A stretch of DNA of 64,000 bases from Scyliorhinus canicula (taxonomy: Eukaryota): NCBI RefSeq assembly GCF_902713615.1, contig NC_052149.1, forward strand, positions 239,108,823 through 239,172,822, read 5' to 3'. Position 1 is the stretch's first letter, and the number at the start of each line of letters is the position of its first letter. Below, piece by piece: positions 12,418 through 25,815 of the stretch. A program made the position numbers and the translations under genes. The notes below the pieces were generated by a model. It did no database searches and had not been told where the DNA came from. It saw only the letters and a program-made list of their open reading frames with translations.

Positions 12418-12999
12418 CACACGATTGGAAGGGCTGACGTGATTCCGGTAAGCCGGATAAATTCAAACGGCCTTTACACCACCAGCCAGGAAGAGAGCCA
12501 ATCCATCATTGGGAGAATTTCAAACTCTCTTTCTGCCAGTGGGTTTCTGACGATTTGGCTCCCGTGGGATTCTCCTCTCTGGCTGGCAGCCAACCCGCCA
12601 TGGGCTAGACGGGCGAATTCTACCCGGTCTGTCTATAAAATAAATTCAGACCTCATTTCACACGGGTAGCACACGATTTCTGATTAGAGCTCCTCCTCAA
12701 AGCCAGCATGATTGAAGTGTGTAAATGTTTAGCTTGTTCAGTAACTTTTCTTGTGAGCCAACATTAAACGTTACTATATTTAAAATTACTCACATTGGGA
12801 GTGATTCTGGGACCTCACTGTCCGGCTGCCCGTGAGAAAATTGGTGCGGTCTCAAAATTCAGAGAGAATCGAAAAACACTCCAGCGTGATTGCGATTTCC
12901 AATTTCACCCCCCGCCCCGCTCTGGCGGAGTGGTGTCAATAAGGCTACAGAAGCCCGGGAACCTCATTTTAATACATTAGCATGTCATCACCGAGCACT

Positions 13000-13133
13000 N
13001 NNNNNNNNNNNNNNNNNNNNNNNNNNNNNNNNNNNNNNNNNNNNNNNNNNNNNNNNNNNNNNNNNNNNNNNNNNNNNNNNNNNNNNNNNNNNNNNNNNNN
13101 NNNNNNNNNNNNNNNNNNNNNNNNNNNNNNNNN
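13000..13133. other. Assembly gap (134 N)
   Basis: Run of N. Confidence 1.
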
Positions 13134-13949
13134 ATTCACTGGAAGCTAGCAGGACGTCTCACTGGCGTCATTTACAATAGGCCTACAAGAGCAGGAACCT
13201 GGCGGCCTCACCTCCAAGGGGGATATCGGAGGTGAGCACTGAGGCAGCCATAGTTCTCCAGGGTCTTCACTGCTCAGGGTGCACCAAGGAGGATGGGGGC
13301 ACGCAGATCGGTTCAACCCGAGGCCGGGGCTGGAAATCTGTCTCTCAATCTCAGGGACAATGTCTTACCGTCCATTCACTTTGGGGCGCCCTTGCTTTGA
13401 GGGGATCTGGAGGCTGGCATGCAGGCATCAATTCCTGAGTCCAACCTGCTGAGCCTGTGACCAAATCACCACTGAGGGAGTGCCCGTCCATAGCGGGAGC
13501 TGGAAAGTGGGTGGGAGGAGGTGAACACCGAGGGTCTGCTCTGGGAAAGACTGTTAGGCACCTGGTTGGTGTTCCATGAGAGGCCAGGCTGTAAGGGCAG
13601 GGTGCTGACTCAGGAATAGGTTGCATCCCAGCCTCTTGAGGAATGAAGATCCTCTCACTTTGGGAAGCACAAGTGAACAATAAGTAGAAGCCCCACACTC
13701 AGGCAGTACTGAGCGGACCAAGGGATTGAGCTCTGTGGAATTTCTATTCAACTTTTCATGTGAAGTTTGCCTGTCAGGAATTAGTGTGTAGGGCTGTGAA
13801 ATTGGGGAATGAGGGTGTCCTCTTGTTATGATAATTTCCGCCTACATTCTAATCAACTGTGCCTCGGCATCCTGATATGCCAACTCTCTCTTCATTGACA
13901 AGTCAATGCTGAAGTTCACTGTCACTGATTGGAATCCTAAGCATCACCT

Positions 13950-14245
13950 GGTGTGGGGAGGAGTGGGGAGGGAGGATGACCTTCTCGTGAATCTACTCCT
14001 GGGCCTAGCTAAACTTACCACAAACAGGTCCAGGCAGCAGGTCATCCGACCCGACTGTCTGCCTCTCTACCACGGTTACAGATAGGTCTACAGGAGTCCC
14101 CGGAGAGTGAGTATGGAGTGCCCACGGGCACCATGGGTGCCTTCCGTGCCCGGTGGGCGCCGCAGGGTGTGGGGTTCTTTATTGACCCCTTGAAGCACAC
14201 TTCAGTTTGATGTTTTAATCTTCATTTTCTCTTTGTTTTTTGTTT
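13950..14245 (+). mobile_element. Tx1-clade LINE 3' end
   Basis: EDDLLVNLLLGLAKL...RPDCLPLYHGY...GAFRARWAPQG, followed by a T-rich tail. Confidence 0.7.
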
Positions 14246-14735
14246 AAGAGGCTCAAACGTCTGTGAGAAATCCGGCCAAGACCATTGACAGCACCGGAAC
14301 TGACACTTTGCCATCTGGTCAGATTGCGCCCAATGTCTCTACCTTGCTGCAGCTGTGAGCGGAGTTTATACAAAACTAAGGTAAAGTTGCAGGTTGCTCA
14401 CAAAATTAAATTAGCTGACAATTAATTACATGAATATTTTTGTGTTGCATAAATCAAAGATGACGTTACCGTCAGTTGTTTTGGAGTGAATCATGGTATG
14501 CTGTTCCTCCTGACACGGGATATATTTAATTTAGAATTTATGGTTCTGCTTGAGTTTGTTGTTGTTTTTACGTATTAATCTGTACTCATTCTAAATGGCT
14601 CAAAATAATTTGATTAACAGGAAACATTTGAATGGTGCACCAGTTTAAAAGTTAGTCAAATGTTAACACAAATTGTTGTAAATGTTTTGTACAAAGCAGC
14701 TGAAATGGATCTTGCTGAGCAGAACTGCCTCAAGT

Positions 14736-15076
14736 GGGTAGCACGGTATCACAGTGGTTAGCACCGTTGCTTCCCAGCTCCAGGGTCCCAGGTTCGAAGC
14801 CCGGCTTGGGTCACTGTCTGTGTGGCGTTTGCACGTTGTCTGCGTGGCTTTCCTCCGGGTGCTCCGGTTTCCTCCCACAGTCCAAAGATGTGCAAGTTAG
14901 GTGGATTGGCCATGCTAAATTGCTCTTAGTGTCCAAAAAGGTTAGGTGGGGTTACTGGGTTACGGAGATAGGGTGGAGGTGTGGGCTTAGGTGGGGTGCT
15001 CTTTCCAACGGCCCGTGCAGACTCGAAGGGTCGAATGGCATCCTTCTTCACTGTAAACTCTATGATTCTATGATTA
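14736..15076 (+). mobile_element. HE1-type SINE
   Basis: Same core and tail. Confidence 0.95.
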
Positions 15077-15454
15077 TTATTAAATATCTTGCAACGGGTC
15101 TGTGCTGCCGAAAATAAAATGTCCCAAGTTTCACTTTCTATCTGCACTTTTGTTGTATGATTTCATAGAGAAATGAAAAATTAAATGAAAATCGCTTATT
15201 GTCACAAGTAGGCTTCAATAAAGTTACTGTGAAAAGCGAATGATTACAGCACGAAGGGGTCCCATTGGGCCCATTGTGTCTGTTCTGGTTCTTTGAAGGA
15301 GCAATTCACTCGAGCCTGTACAGTGATGTTAACATCAGGAATATTGGACAGATATAACCGCCAATGAAATATGATGCAGTGTCACATGACTAAGAGACAG
15401 ATCTGGCGGGAAGCAGGAGTACAGCCACATGTAGAGTTACTGAGATCATTTGAG

Positions 15455-15815
15455 ACCATAAGGCCACAAGACATCAGAGCAGAATTAGTCCATTCGGTCC
15501 ATCGAGTCTGCATGGCCGTTCAATCATGGCTGATATTTTTCTCATCCCCATTCTCCTGCCTTCTCCCCATAACCCCTGATCCCCTTATTAATCAAGAACC
15601 TATCTACCTCTGTCTTAAAGACACTCAGTAATTGGCCTCCACAGCCTTCTGCGGCAAAGAGTTCCACAGATTCACCACCCTCTAACTGAAGAAATTCCTC
15701 CTCATCTCAGCTTTAAAGGATCGTCCCTTCAGTCTGAGGCTATGGCCTCAGGTTCTAGTTTTTCCTACAAGTGGGAACATCCTCTCCACGTTCTCTCTAT
15801 CTCGACCTCTCAGTA
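15455..15815 (-). mobile_element. CR1 3' end
   Basis: Closely matches the reverse complement of 29470-29790. Confidence 0.85.
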
Positions 15816-18800
15816 TTATGCATATATCTGCAAATAAACAAGAATAGTTCTTCCTCATAACAGTCTTTGGCAAAATTCTTAGCAGAACAGGCAAACGTCA
15901 ACGAATCCCAATCTAGACCCCAAATGCAAGACAAGGCAACCATTCTCCCGCTTTCACCATAGTGCCCTCTCATTCTTCTTTTTCAGATAATTCCCTCTTG
16001 AATGTCTCAGTTGAACCTACCTCCCCACAGTCTTCTTCTGCAGACATCCATGTTGAGGCCCTCCATTTCATAAATTTTTGGCGAGCTCTCATCAGCGGGT
16101 GAAGGTTCAATTCTTGCTCCAGGGCAAAGTTGTGCAAAGCCCAACACATCGGAAGACCATAAGACACAGGAGCACCAGACGGCCATTTGGCCCGTCGGGT
16201 CTGTGCCACCATTCTGTGAGTTCATGACTGATCTGATCTGATGTGATGATCCTCAACTTCACTTTCCCCGTAACCCAAACAGGCCACCACAATCCTTGAC
16301 AATTTAACAAGGCTGCACTCTAACCTGACAAACACTGGAAACCCCGATAGCATCTTGATGGTCCTGCCTGTTAGCAAGATACAGGGCTGGATTGTTCCAT
16401 CGCCTGCCGCAAGAACGGGCGAGACGCCAACAATGGAGAAATCCATTGACCTCGGGCGGGATTCTCCGCTCGCCAGGCGACTGCGGTCAGAGAATCCCGC
16501 AACACAGGTTTATAAAAGTTCAAATACTCCTGACTCTATCTTTCTCCCTGACAACAGTTTGAGATTAAGCCAGTCAGTTGGCAACCTTGGTGTCATATGT
16601 AATCCTGACACGGTCCTCCAACATCAGGCACATTGCCCAACTCTGCCACTGTTTCAGCTCTTCATCTGCTGAAACCCTCCTTCATGCCTCCGATACCTCT
16701 GCACTTGACGATGCCACCACAGTCTTGGCTGGTTTCCAACATTTGGAAGACCTCCTTAAACTTGAGGTCACCCAAAACTCAACTGTGCATGTTTAAACTC
16801 ACGGCAAGTCCCATTCTCAATCCCCAATGTGTTCGCTGATTGAAACCAGTTCCCAGTCAAACAAATGTCTCGTTTTTAAAATTCAATGGCCTCCTTGTGC
16901 ACTGTAAATTCTATAATTCCCTGATTGCTGATGTTTTTGTTGTTGGTGTGGTGAGTGCTGCGTGCAACTGGCACGTCACCACGGGTTAAACACGCTGGGA
17001 GTCAAGGATGTTCAACTGCACCTTGAGCGCCAGTGGAATATGTGGGTGTCAGGATTAGGTTGAGGTGAGATTGGGCCGTGTGGGAGGGGCCTGCACAGCT
17101 GCGGCTCCGAGATGGAGAATGGCTCTGATACAGGGGACAAGTCACACATTGATGGACAGATCATTTCTACCACAAAGTTCTGGACATGACACCATCCTCT
17201 GGCTTATCCTCCATTTCTGTTGAGGACCCTGCTGGGGTGCGGTGGGAGGGGGAGGGGGGGGGGGAGGGGGGGGGCGGTGATACCATCTCTGGACTCACGC
17301 GGCCCCCTGATCCCAGTGTTCCAGGGCCCAGGCATCTTTGAAAATTTTCTTTCCGTCCAGATACAGAAAGGGAAGGAAACAGCAACAGCAGCCTCCAGGC
17401 ATCTGCAGCCACCAGCAGGAGCAAACAGCAAACACATCCTGCAGCTGGGAACTGCTCTCACAGCTAACAAGGCTAATTCCTTATTCCAATAGCCTGCAGC
17501 TGTGCATCTAGTAGCTGGTCACAGACAAATGATTTGAAGATGAATGTCATCACTGAAGGCACAGCGGGGCTCTGTCCTGGAAGTGTTTAGTGGGAGAGAC
17601 AGGCTGCAGGATGTCCACATTATTTAAAGATGGCTTGAAGTCCTCACAGATGCAAAGGCCCTCACCCCTCCCCCCACCCCTATGAGCCCAGGTGCGATCC
17701 CCAATCTGGAATACTTCAGCCCACCCACCCTCCACATGAACAAGCTCAACCTCGTGGAGGCCATTGCATTCAACTTAAATCTCACTAATAAGATTAAAAT
17801 GAATGCAAATGAGGGTTAATGACATGCTGGCCGTTTTGACCATGATCTGGAACTCGCCATCTGGAGCGCGCTGGGTGAACTGGTTGGCACCCGGGTCGAA
17901 TCTCGATTTTGGCCTTTCCCGCTATTTACCCGGCGCGCCCAAAATCGGGCCAGACACAATGCGGTGGTTGGATCGCACCCAACACCTCAGAAGATATCAG
18001 GAATACAATCAAACTCACGGCTGATAATTAATGCCAGCCGCTGTAATATCTAATTTATGTTGGATTCAGTGAGAAACACACAGAACAGAAAAACGTTACG
18101 TCATAAACAGATCCCATGGAGGAGACGGATACAGGAGGACCTTCAAATAAGCTTGCCGAGGAGGAAGGACCAACTCAATCGTGAACACTAGCTTCACACT
18201 AAGGTATTCATAGCATAATGATAAGTAGTTCATTCCATAAATGAGCGCAGAAACATTTCCGATGAGTCTGCATGCTAGAGTTGGACTACTTCGAACCAAT
18301 TGGGAGTATTTACCCTGAAACATTTTGAGGTTAAGTACAACGTCAGGCAGTTTTGCATAGTTACACAGGGTCTTCAATGCAGTAAAAACCCCCATGTGCA
18401 CTTCACAGGGGCATTATCAAATAACATTTCAAACTTTCTGTTATGACATAAAAGTGGCTCATTGTTTTAACAAATTGGAACTGATTTGCATCTCCTAATT
18501 AGATGATGACAAGCAGATTGTGATCTGCTGCGCCGGCTGTTGACAACATCCAGGGGGAATCGTTAATTGAACAACGTGGGAGGTTGTTGGGGGGGGGGGG
18601 GAGGGGACATCCTAGGAGGATTTGAAGAGCAGTTTGGCATCTTCACAGCTGATAGGTTTCTCGGTGCATTCGCATCGGGAGCTGCCTTTCACTTGCTTCC
18701 ACTTCCCACTGCTCTGGCACCTAGCTCTTCACATATTTCCTTTCCTCTTCTTCCCGACTGACAACGGACAGCAGACACAACGGGAGCACAACTTAAAAGC

Positions 18801-19859
18801 TGCACCGGGCTTTTCTGCAAGGCCACATCAACTTCCAGTTGGAGGCCAGATTTATTTACAGATGTGACATGGCGCCACTGTGGGATACTTCGGATCACAA
18901 ACCCACAAAGTTGAGTCACTTGACCTCTGATAGTGGGTGCGCTGTACCAGATTGAGGCTCAAACATTGTGAACAAGCAACATCAGAGCTGGCGACATTTG
19001 CAATCTCTGTTAACTACTTATTGATTCCGCACTGTTGTTTAACATGTACAGTTTACCTGGGTGAAAAAGAGATAAAAGTGGATTCAACATTGCAGAATGT
19101 TCTAATTCAATTACTTACAGATTTCGGGATCTTTAGGATCCTGGAGACACCTGAAACTGACGATCTGAAATCGACTCGGACCAGCCACGTGTGAGCAGCT
19201 GCCGGAGCTGCAGTCCCCGGCCTGGGGATTCCCCTACACCAGCTGCCAGGGACCAGGAAAACACCCTAGAAGCCAGGGCCTTCACTCTACAAGCTCCCGG
19301 AGACCTGGAAAACACCACAGAAGCCGGGACCTCCACTCTGCTGCTCTCCATCAACCAGACCAGCATCGCAGCAGCGGCAGCCCTCCAACCCCGTCCCCAG
19401 CTTCCAACCCCACTGACCCGGAGAGGTCCGACCCCCTGCAGACCCCAAGTACTCCTTCCACTCCCCCCCCCTCTACAGTCGCCCCACACTCCTAAAAATC
19501 AACTTCCACAGCCTAACAATCACTAATATTGCTCTTTAAAATTTACTCTGAAGCAAGACCGCGGTCTGGAAAGGACCCTGCGCACCCCAACACACGGACC
19601 CGGCCATCGCCTCATCCGCAACCGCGATCCCAGAGACGTCATCCACTTAGCAGCCTTCACCCCATCCATGCCGGAGCATGGTCTGGGCATCCACCAACCT
19701 GTGAAGACAAACCCCAGCCCGACAGCGACCCGGAACGCTCGGCCGCGCAGACCGACCGACCGACGCAGGAACCGCAAGCAAAGCAACAAATCCTCCATCC
19801 ACACACCGACCAGAATGAATAACCTCATTGGACACAACTATTCCCTTAACACTGCAAAC

Positions 19860-20385
19860 TCTCACCGTCTCCCAGGCTCGAAAAGAAACAGTCACTCCAG
19901 GAAACGTGGAAAACATGCAGGCCTGCAGGTGAGAGTGAAACAAAGCAGCCCCAAAACCCCTCTGCCCAGCTTACTCCGAGCTAATGTCCAATCTCTAGAA
20001 AACAAGCTAGACAAACTTAAAGCCAGACTCACTTTTCAAAGAGGACTCGGGGACTGCCGTGAGCTCTGCTTCACGGAGACATGGCTCACTCCTGCTTCAC
20101 CGGACTGTGCCCTACACCCAGAGGGCTTCTCAATCCACCGAATGGACCGTAAGGCAGCCTCAGGCAAGGCTAGGGGAGGTGGGGTCTGCCTCCTAATCAA
20201 CACCTCCTGGTGCCTCGATGTAGCAACACTGGCAGGTTTCTGCTCCCCGGACCTAGAATACCTGACGCTAAAATGCTGCCCCTTCTACCTTCCGCAGGAG
20301 TTCAGCTCCGTTATCTTGATGGCAGTTTGCATCCCACCCCATGTGAACGTAATAATCGCACTGGACAAAATATTCACCACCACCA
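19860..20385 (+). mobile_element. Rex1/Babar-type LINE endonuclease fragment (5' leader from about 19150)
   Basis: RKRGKHAG...PLPSLLRANVQSLENKLDKL...LCFTETWL...DR...GKARGGGVCLLINTSWC...CCPFYLPQEFSSVILMAVCIPP. Confidence 0.85.
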
Positions 20386-20929
20386 AAGTCCCAAAATTGG
20401 GAAACGAGATTCTCTTTGGCACGATCTCATTTCCTGATTTTCCCTGCCCGTCGCCGGTGATGTAACAAGGCTGTTAAAGGGTTTGAACACCGTTTCCATA
20501 AATGTTAATACATTAATGTATTATTAAAGGACTTCCCAACCAAATGATCCATGCACGCCGGCAAGTTGGGGGGGGGGGGGGGGGGGGGGGGGGGTTGGGG
20601 AGAGGGGGGAGAGTTCCCCCTAATACTGGTATGATTGTGTAGGGGGGGGGGCAGAGGGCCACAGATACCTCCAAGGTGGGGGAGGTGCTTTTGGGGAGTC
20701 CTCCTGGGGTCAACCTTTGAAGAGGGCACCCTGATCACTGTGGAGTCGGCCTTGCCGACTCGGCCAGGTTCCACCCCACCAGAGGGAGGGAGTACGTCTG
20801 TGCACTGAGTTCCAAAAAGTCTGGCCTGAAACCTCGACTGTGCGTTTGGAGAGATACTGGCCTGCTTCCTGTCAGAGCCTGACACTCTGCCAACAATTGG
20901 TATAATTTCGCTCATTGGTGCCGTGGGGA

Positions 20930-21200
20930 TCAGAGAACAATGAGAGCGCAGTCAAAGGTTCCCGACATTTGTGGAAACCTGCAATCTGGGCACATCCGGT
21001 GGCTGTTTCCTGCTGGTGAGCCTGATGCCAATGGAAATGGATGGGGCTTTGACCCCTTGCAAAGAGTGCATCCATCACCCCCTTGTTACATTTATCAGCG
21101 GAAGGAGGCCAGAGAGATGCTGCAAAGATCACCTGAGGAGACCTGAAAGGAATCAGTCGGCGAAACGTTGAGGCTGGCTGTGACTTCAAAGCCACAGGAA
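20930..21200 (-). pseudogene. PIF/Harbinger transposase fossil
   Basis: DKCNKGVMDALFARGQSPIHF...HQQETATGCAQIAGF matches the region upstream of the GAIDC motif. Confidence 0.75.
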
Positions 21201-21570
21201 ATGGGTGCCCTCCAAATCCATGCCAACTCCTGAAGGTTTCACACAGAAGCCACCGTGTCCCTGAACAGGCAAAGTCATCGACATTGGTTCTCGCTGGTCT
21301 GCAGGAAGGTCAGCCACCGACTGTAGGCTCTAACTCACAGAAGCCGCCTCTGAGCGGCTGCTCTCTGGGGTCCCTCCTGTGGCAGCAGAGCAGATCCGAT
21401 CACCCCTTTCCTCTTCGTTCTTCTGCTGCTGCCTGTGGAGAGTCTGAGGCCTCTGTTAACATCTTCTCTTGTTTCATTGCACGAGGAGAATGATAATCAG
21501 TTCCACAGGCTCCACCTCACTCCCCCACCACTCACTGCTATGGTAAAACAGAGAGAGAGAGAGAGAGAGA

Positions 21571-21906
21571 ACATAGAACATATAGAACAGTACAGCACAG
21601 AACAGGCCCTTCGGCCCTCGATGTTGTGCCAAGCAATGATCACCCTACTTAAACCCACGTAACCCGTATACCCGTAACCCAACAATCCCCCCATTAACCT
21701 TACACTACGGGCAATTTAGCATGGCCAATCCACCTAACCCGCACATCTTTGGACTGTGGGAGGAAACCGGAGCACCCGGAGGAAACCCACACACACACGG
21801 GGAGGACGTGCAGACTCCACACAGACAGTGACCCAGCCGGGAATCGAACCTGAGACCCTGGAGCTGTGAAGCATTGATGCTAACCACCATGCTACCGTGC
21901 TGCCCC
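21571..21906 (-). mobile_element. HE1-type SINE next to a (GA)n microsatellite
   Basis: Closely matches the reverse complement of 3373-3723. Confidence 0.95.
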
Positions 21907-22209
21907 TCAATGTACCGTGAGAACATTGAGGAATTGCCTCGAAGTGTTGACCATTCGCCGATTGACCCCGAGCAGCAGTGGCTCGATGGTCATTCATTGA
22001 CTGCTGTGCTGGCCACCACACGCAGGGCCTTCCCTTACGGTGTCCCAGAATGGACAGGACCCCATACTGCCCTTTCCCCACTCAGCCTGACCCAGTTGTC
22101 ACAGATTGACAACACTCCTGTCTCCTGAGCTCTGATGTGAGGCACAGGCATTTGCCCAATGGGTCACTGTAAGGCCCTGCGCGCTGCCGTGTCAAGTGGA
22201 GGAGGGGGA

Positions 22210-22514
22210 GGGCAGCACGGTAACATAGTGGTTAGCACTATGGCTTCAGAACGCCAGGGTCCCAGGTTCGATTCCTGGCTTGGGTCACTGTCGGTGCAAG
22301 TCTGCACGTTCTCCCTGTTTCTGCATGGGTTTCCTCCGGGTGCTCCGGTTTCCTCCCACAACTCCCGAAATACGTGCTGTTATAGGTGAATTGGACATTG
22401 TGAATTCTCCCTCTGTGTACCCGAACAGGCGCTGGAATGTGACTACTGGCGGCTTTTCACAGTAACTTCATTGCAGTGTTAATGTAAGCCTACTTGTGAC
22501 AACAAAGATTATTC
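22210..22514 (+). mobile_element. HE1-head SINE with an alternative 3' tail
   Basis: HE1 head and core followed by gaacaggcg.tggaatgtg...gcttttcacagtaacttcatt...gcctacttgtgaca. Confidence 0.85.
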
Positions 22515-23713
22515 AAAAAATACATTTTAAAAAAAATGTAATTATAATGATGCCCCAGTGCCGGGTGCTCTGTTTACTTTTCCCTCCTTCAGGAAGGGTG
22601 TGTGCGTCACCCTCTCAGTAAATTGTGAAGGGAAACCATGGTGCTCACAGAATGGGGAGGCTAGCGAGCAAAGGGTTAACTGCTGATCGGTAATGAACAG
22701 CATTCGCACACATCAGTGCTGAGTTAGTGGGTATAATTGACTCAATTGTCAGACTGAAGGAATGTGAATAGTTTAGTGGCTCAGTGGTCTGATGAGCAAC
22801 AGGATGTTCACCGCTGTCACGCCTCTCAGAGTTGAAGTGCTCAGTCATGAATCGAGCCCCCAATCTCCCACCCGGCCACCTTGGAGGATCCTTCAGACCA
22901 TGTCTGCTGGACACTCACCCAACCCAGTAGCTCAGGCTTCCTTTCCCAGTGTCAGCAAGAAGATTTCAGCCTCAGGATTTAAACTTGGCTTCATCCCCTC
23001 TTGGACGAAGCCTCAACAGCCCTGTCAGTTCAGACCCCAACTGCCCCCCCCCTCCCCCCCTCCCCCCCATATCCCCTGACCCAGATGCCTTGGTGATGGG
23101 ACCCCTGCAGACACTGCAACCCCCAAACCAGGGAACGCATAGCTGGTCCCCCCCCCCAACCCAGATACTCCACGGTACCCGTGCCCCATTGCCTGGTCGT
23201 CCCTCCCTCCATACCCCTCCCTGGTACCCTGGGTAGCAATGCCCGGTCACGCCTTTAGCCGTCCCCCAGATAACCCAACTGCCAAAACCGCGTCCCCCCC
23301 CCCCCCCCACTCCCCCACTCCCCCATTAACCTTTCAAGTGCCCTCTCTCCCCTGAGACTCTCCGATGGCCCGTGGCGAACTCCGCGATCATCTCTGAATT
23401 CGCCCGGAGGTGCGCTCGCCGCTTTCACAGTTTTTAAAACCAGGTTGTGAATGGTGCCAACGTGATGTCATGCCACCGTGGGTGGACCCTCCAGTCTTGG
23501 GGGGGGTGGTGCTGCCAGGCCGGCTATTAGAGATATCCAAACGAATGCAAATGGAGTTCCTGACCAGATCCCCATCCCATCATTGGCAGGGGCTCAGGGG
23601 CAACCCATCCATGAAATCCCATCGCCCTTCTTCCCGTTTCTGGCCTCTCGTCATATTGACAAGTGCCACTTAGGAATCCACAAGGGTACAGCTTGTTCGC
23701 AGTAAGTGCTCAC

Positions 23714-23776
23714 CTCTCTTTGGAGAAGTGTGTTATTGATGTCTTTGTTACACTCAGCAATTCAATGCAATTACTC
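23714..23776 (-). CDS. Candidate coding exon (63 bp, symmetric phase 2 to 2)
   Basis: Acceptor gttattttttacAG, donor GAG|GTGAGC. Only the phase-2 frame is open (SNCIELLSVTKTSITHFSKE). Confidence 0.45.
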
Positions 23777-24544
23777 CTGTAAAAAATAACATTGTGCCAA
23801 TCACCTTTCAACATTTGAATGTTGAATTTCGGTGCAAAAAGCTGATTAAAGCAAAATTGCAGAAGCCAAGTGCTTCGATCAGCTGAACCTGCTCCTTTTT
23901 AATAAGAAACTTGGGCATTAATCCACTGTAGTTAGTCGTAAATAATTCAGTCTGTTGTAATGTGTAATCCATTTGAATATATGTATCTCCAGCTCTCCTG
24001 AGGTCCAGTTGTTTGAGGGTGTGATTTGAGACTCCTTCCTGCGGTCACAAGAGGCAGGAATCTATAATTAGATGGGGCCCTGGGCTGTGAAGAATGATAA
24101 TACATCAGGGCTCCTGCTTCTGAACACTCTCTGGTAAATCCCGAAAGGAATGGTCTGGGGAATGGCCAACCGTGCGTGTCTCAACTCATGTAGGGTGATG
24201 AATAGCCTTTTGGGAAAGGCAGCAGAGAGCTATTCAACCCCATCGGGAGTCAACAACTTAGGGATAGAAAGGCAGCTCCCAGCCTGGACCCTTGTGATTC
24301 CTGTTGAGTTTGTTTATCTCAATCGGAACAGCTTTAGTGATGCTCAGAAGCGAAGAACATACATTGCAGAAGGAGGCCATTCGGCCCATCGAGTTTATTT
24401 GTGGCAGGTTTTTCAGGGAATTTCCCAGCACTATCCAATGACATTTAGCCACTTTTCTTTGGGCCCTGGGGAATTTCTCAGCTGCTCAGCCCACACCTAG
24501 AATGTTTTTCAGAATTAGGGAGCTGAACGCTGACATCTGAATAG

Positions 24545-25108
24545 AACCTTAGTTAGGCCACACTTGGGGTACAGTGTTCAATTCTGGTCGCCACTCTACC
24601 AGAAGGATGTGGAGGCTTTAGAGAAGGTGCAGAAGAGATTTACCAGGATGTTGCCTGGTATGGAGGGCATTAGCTATGAGAAGAGGTTGAATAAACTCAG
24701 TTTGTTCTCACTGGAACGACGGAGGCTGAGGGGTGACCTGATAGAGGTCTATTGAATTATGAGGGGCACAGACAGAGTGGACAGTCAGATACTTTTTCCC
24801 AGAGTAGAGGGGTCAAATACTAAAGGGCATAGGTTTGAGGTGCGAGGGGCAAGGTTTAGAGGAGATGTACGAGGCAGGCTTTTTACACAGAGGGTAGTGG
24901 GTGCCTGGAACGCGCTGCCGGAGGAGGTGGTGGAAGCAGGGACGATAGCGACGTTTAAGGGGCATCTTGACAAATACATGAATAGGATGGGAATAGAGGG
25001 AAACGGACTCCGGAAGTGCAGAAGATTTTAGTTTAGGTGGGCAGCATGGTCGGCACAGGCTTGGAGGGCCGAAGGGCCTGTTCCTGTGCTGTACTTATCT
25101 TTGTTCTT
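24545..25108 (+). mobile_element. CR1 3' end
   Basis: [30 protein letters not shown]...RGDLIEVY, then a 3' UTR ending gggcctgttcctgtgctgtac. Confidence 0.9.
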
Positions 25109-25109
25109 T

Positions 25110-25390
25110 AAGTCTGCACCGACCCACTTAAGGCCTCACTTCCACCCTATCCCCGTAACCCAATAACCCCTCCTCAGCTTTTTGGTCACTAAGGGCAATT
25201 TATCATGGCCAATCCACCTAATCTGCACATCTTTGGGCTGTGGGAGGAAACTGGAGCACCCGGAGGAAACCCACCCAAACACGGGGAGAACGTGCAGACT
25301 CCGCACAGAGAGTGACCCAGTGGGGAATCGAACCGGGGACTCTGGCGCTGTGAAGCCACAGTGCTAGCCACTTGTGCTGACGTGCTGCCC
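25110..25390 (-). mobile_element. HE1-type SINE
   Basis: Core on the minus strand. Confidence 0.9.
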
Positions 25391-25469
25391 TCAAGTGAGG
25401 GTCTTTCAGCCCCTTCAACCTGGTGTATGTTAACGCCATTGACATTCCAAGGCTTGGACATCCTTACGG

Positions 25470-25815
25470 GAGGTGGTGACGTAGTGGTTTTGTCCCTGGA
25501 CTGGTAAACCAGAAACCCAGAGTAATGCTCCGGGGACCTGGGTTCAAATCCCGCCACTGCAGGTGGTGAAATTTGAATTCAATAAAAAATAAAATCTGGC
25601 ATTAAAAGTCTCAAGATAACCATGAAACCATTGTCATAAAAACCCATCGAATGACCTTTCGGGAAGGAAATTTGCCGTCCTTACCCGGTCTTGCCGACAT
25701 GCGACTCCAGCCCCACAGCAATGTGATTGGCTCTTAACTGCCCCCTCAAGGGCAATTAGAGATGGGCAATAAATGCTGGCACAGCCTGCGACGCTCACGT
25801 CCAAATAAAAAAAAG
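25470..25815 (+). mobile_element. Third tRNA-derived SINE family (other copies at about 36790-37040, 27670-27795, and minus-strand 29000-29900 split by CR1)
   Basis: gtagtgg A-box, ggttcaaatcc B-box, ggaaggaaat.tgccgtcctt core, gggcaataaatgctgg tail. Confidence 0.8.

Noticed and set aside
19668-20465. 265-aa ORF as a host gene
   Set aside because: It is a truncated Rex1-type LINE endonuclease running into another repeat.
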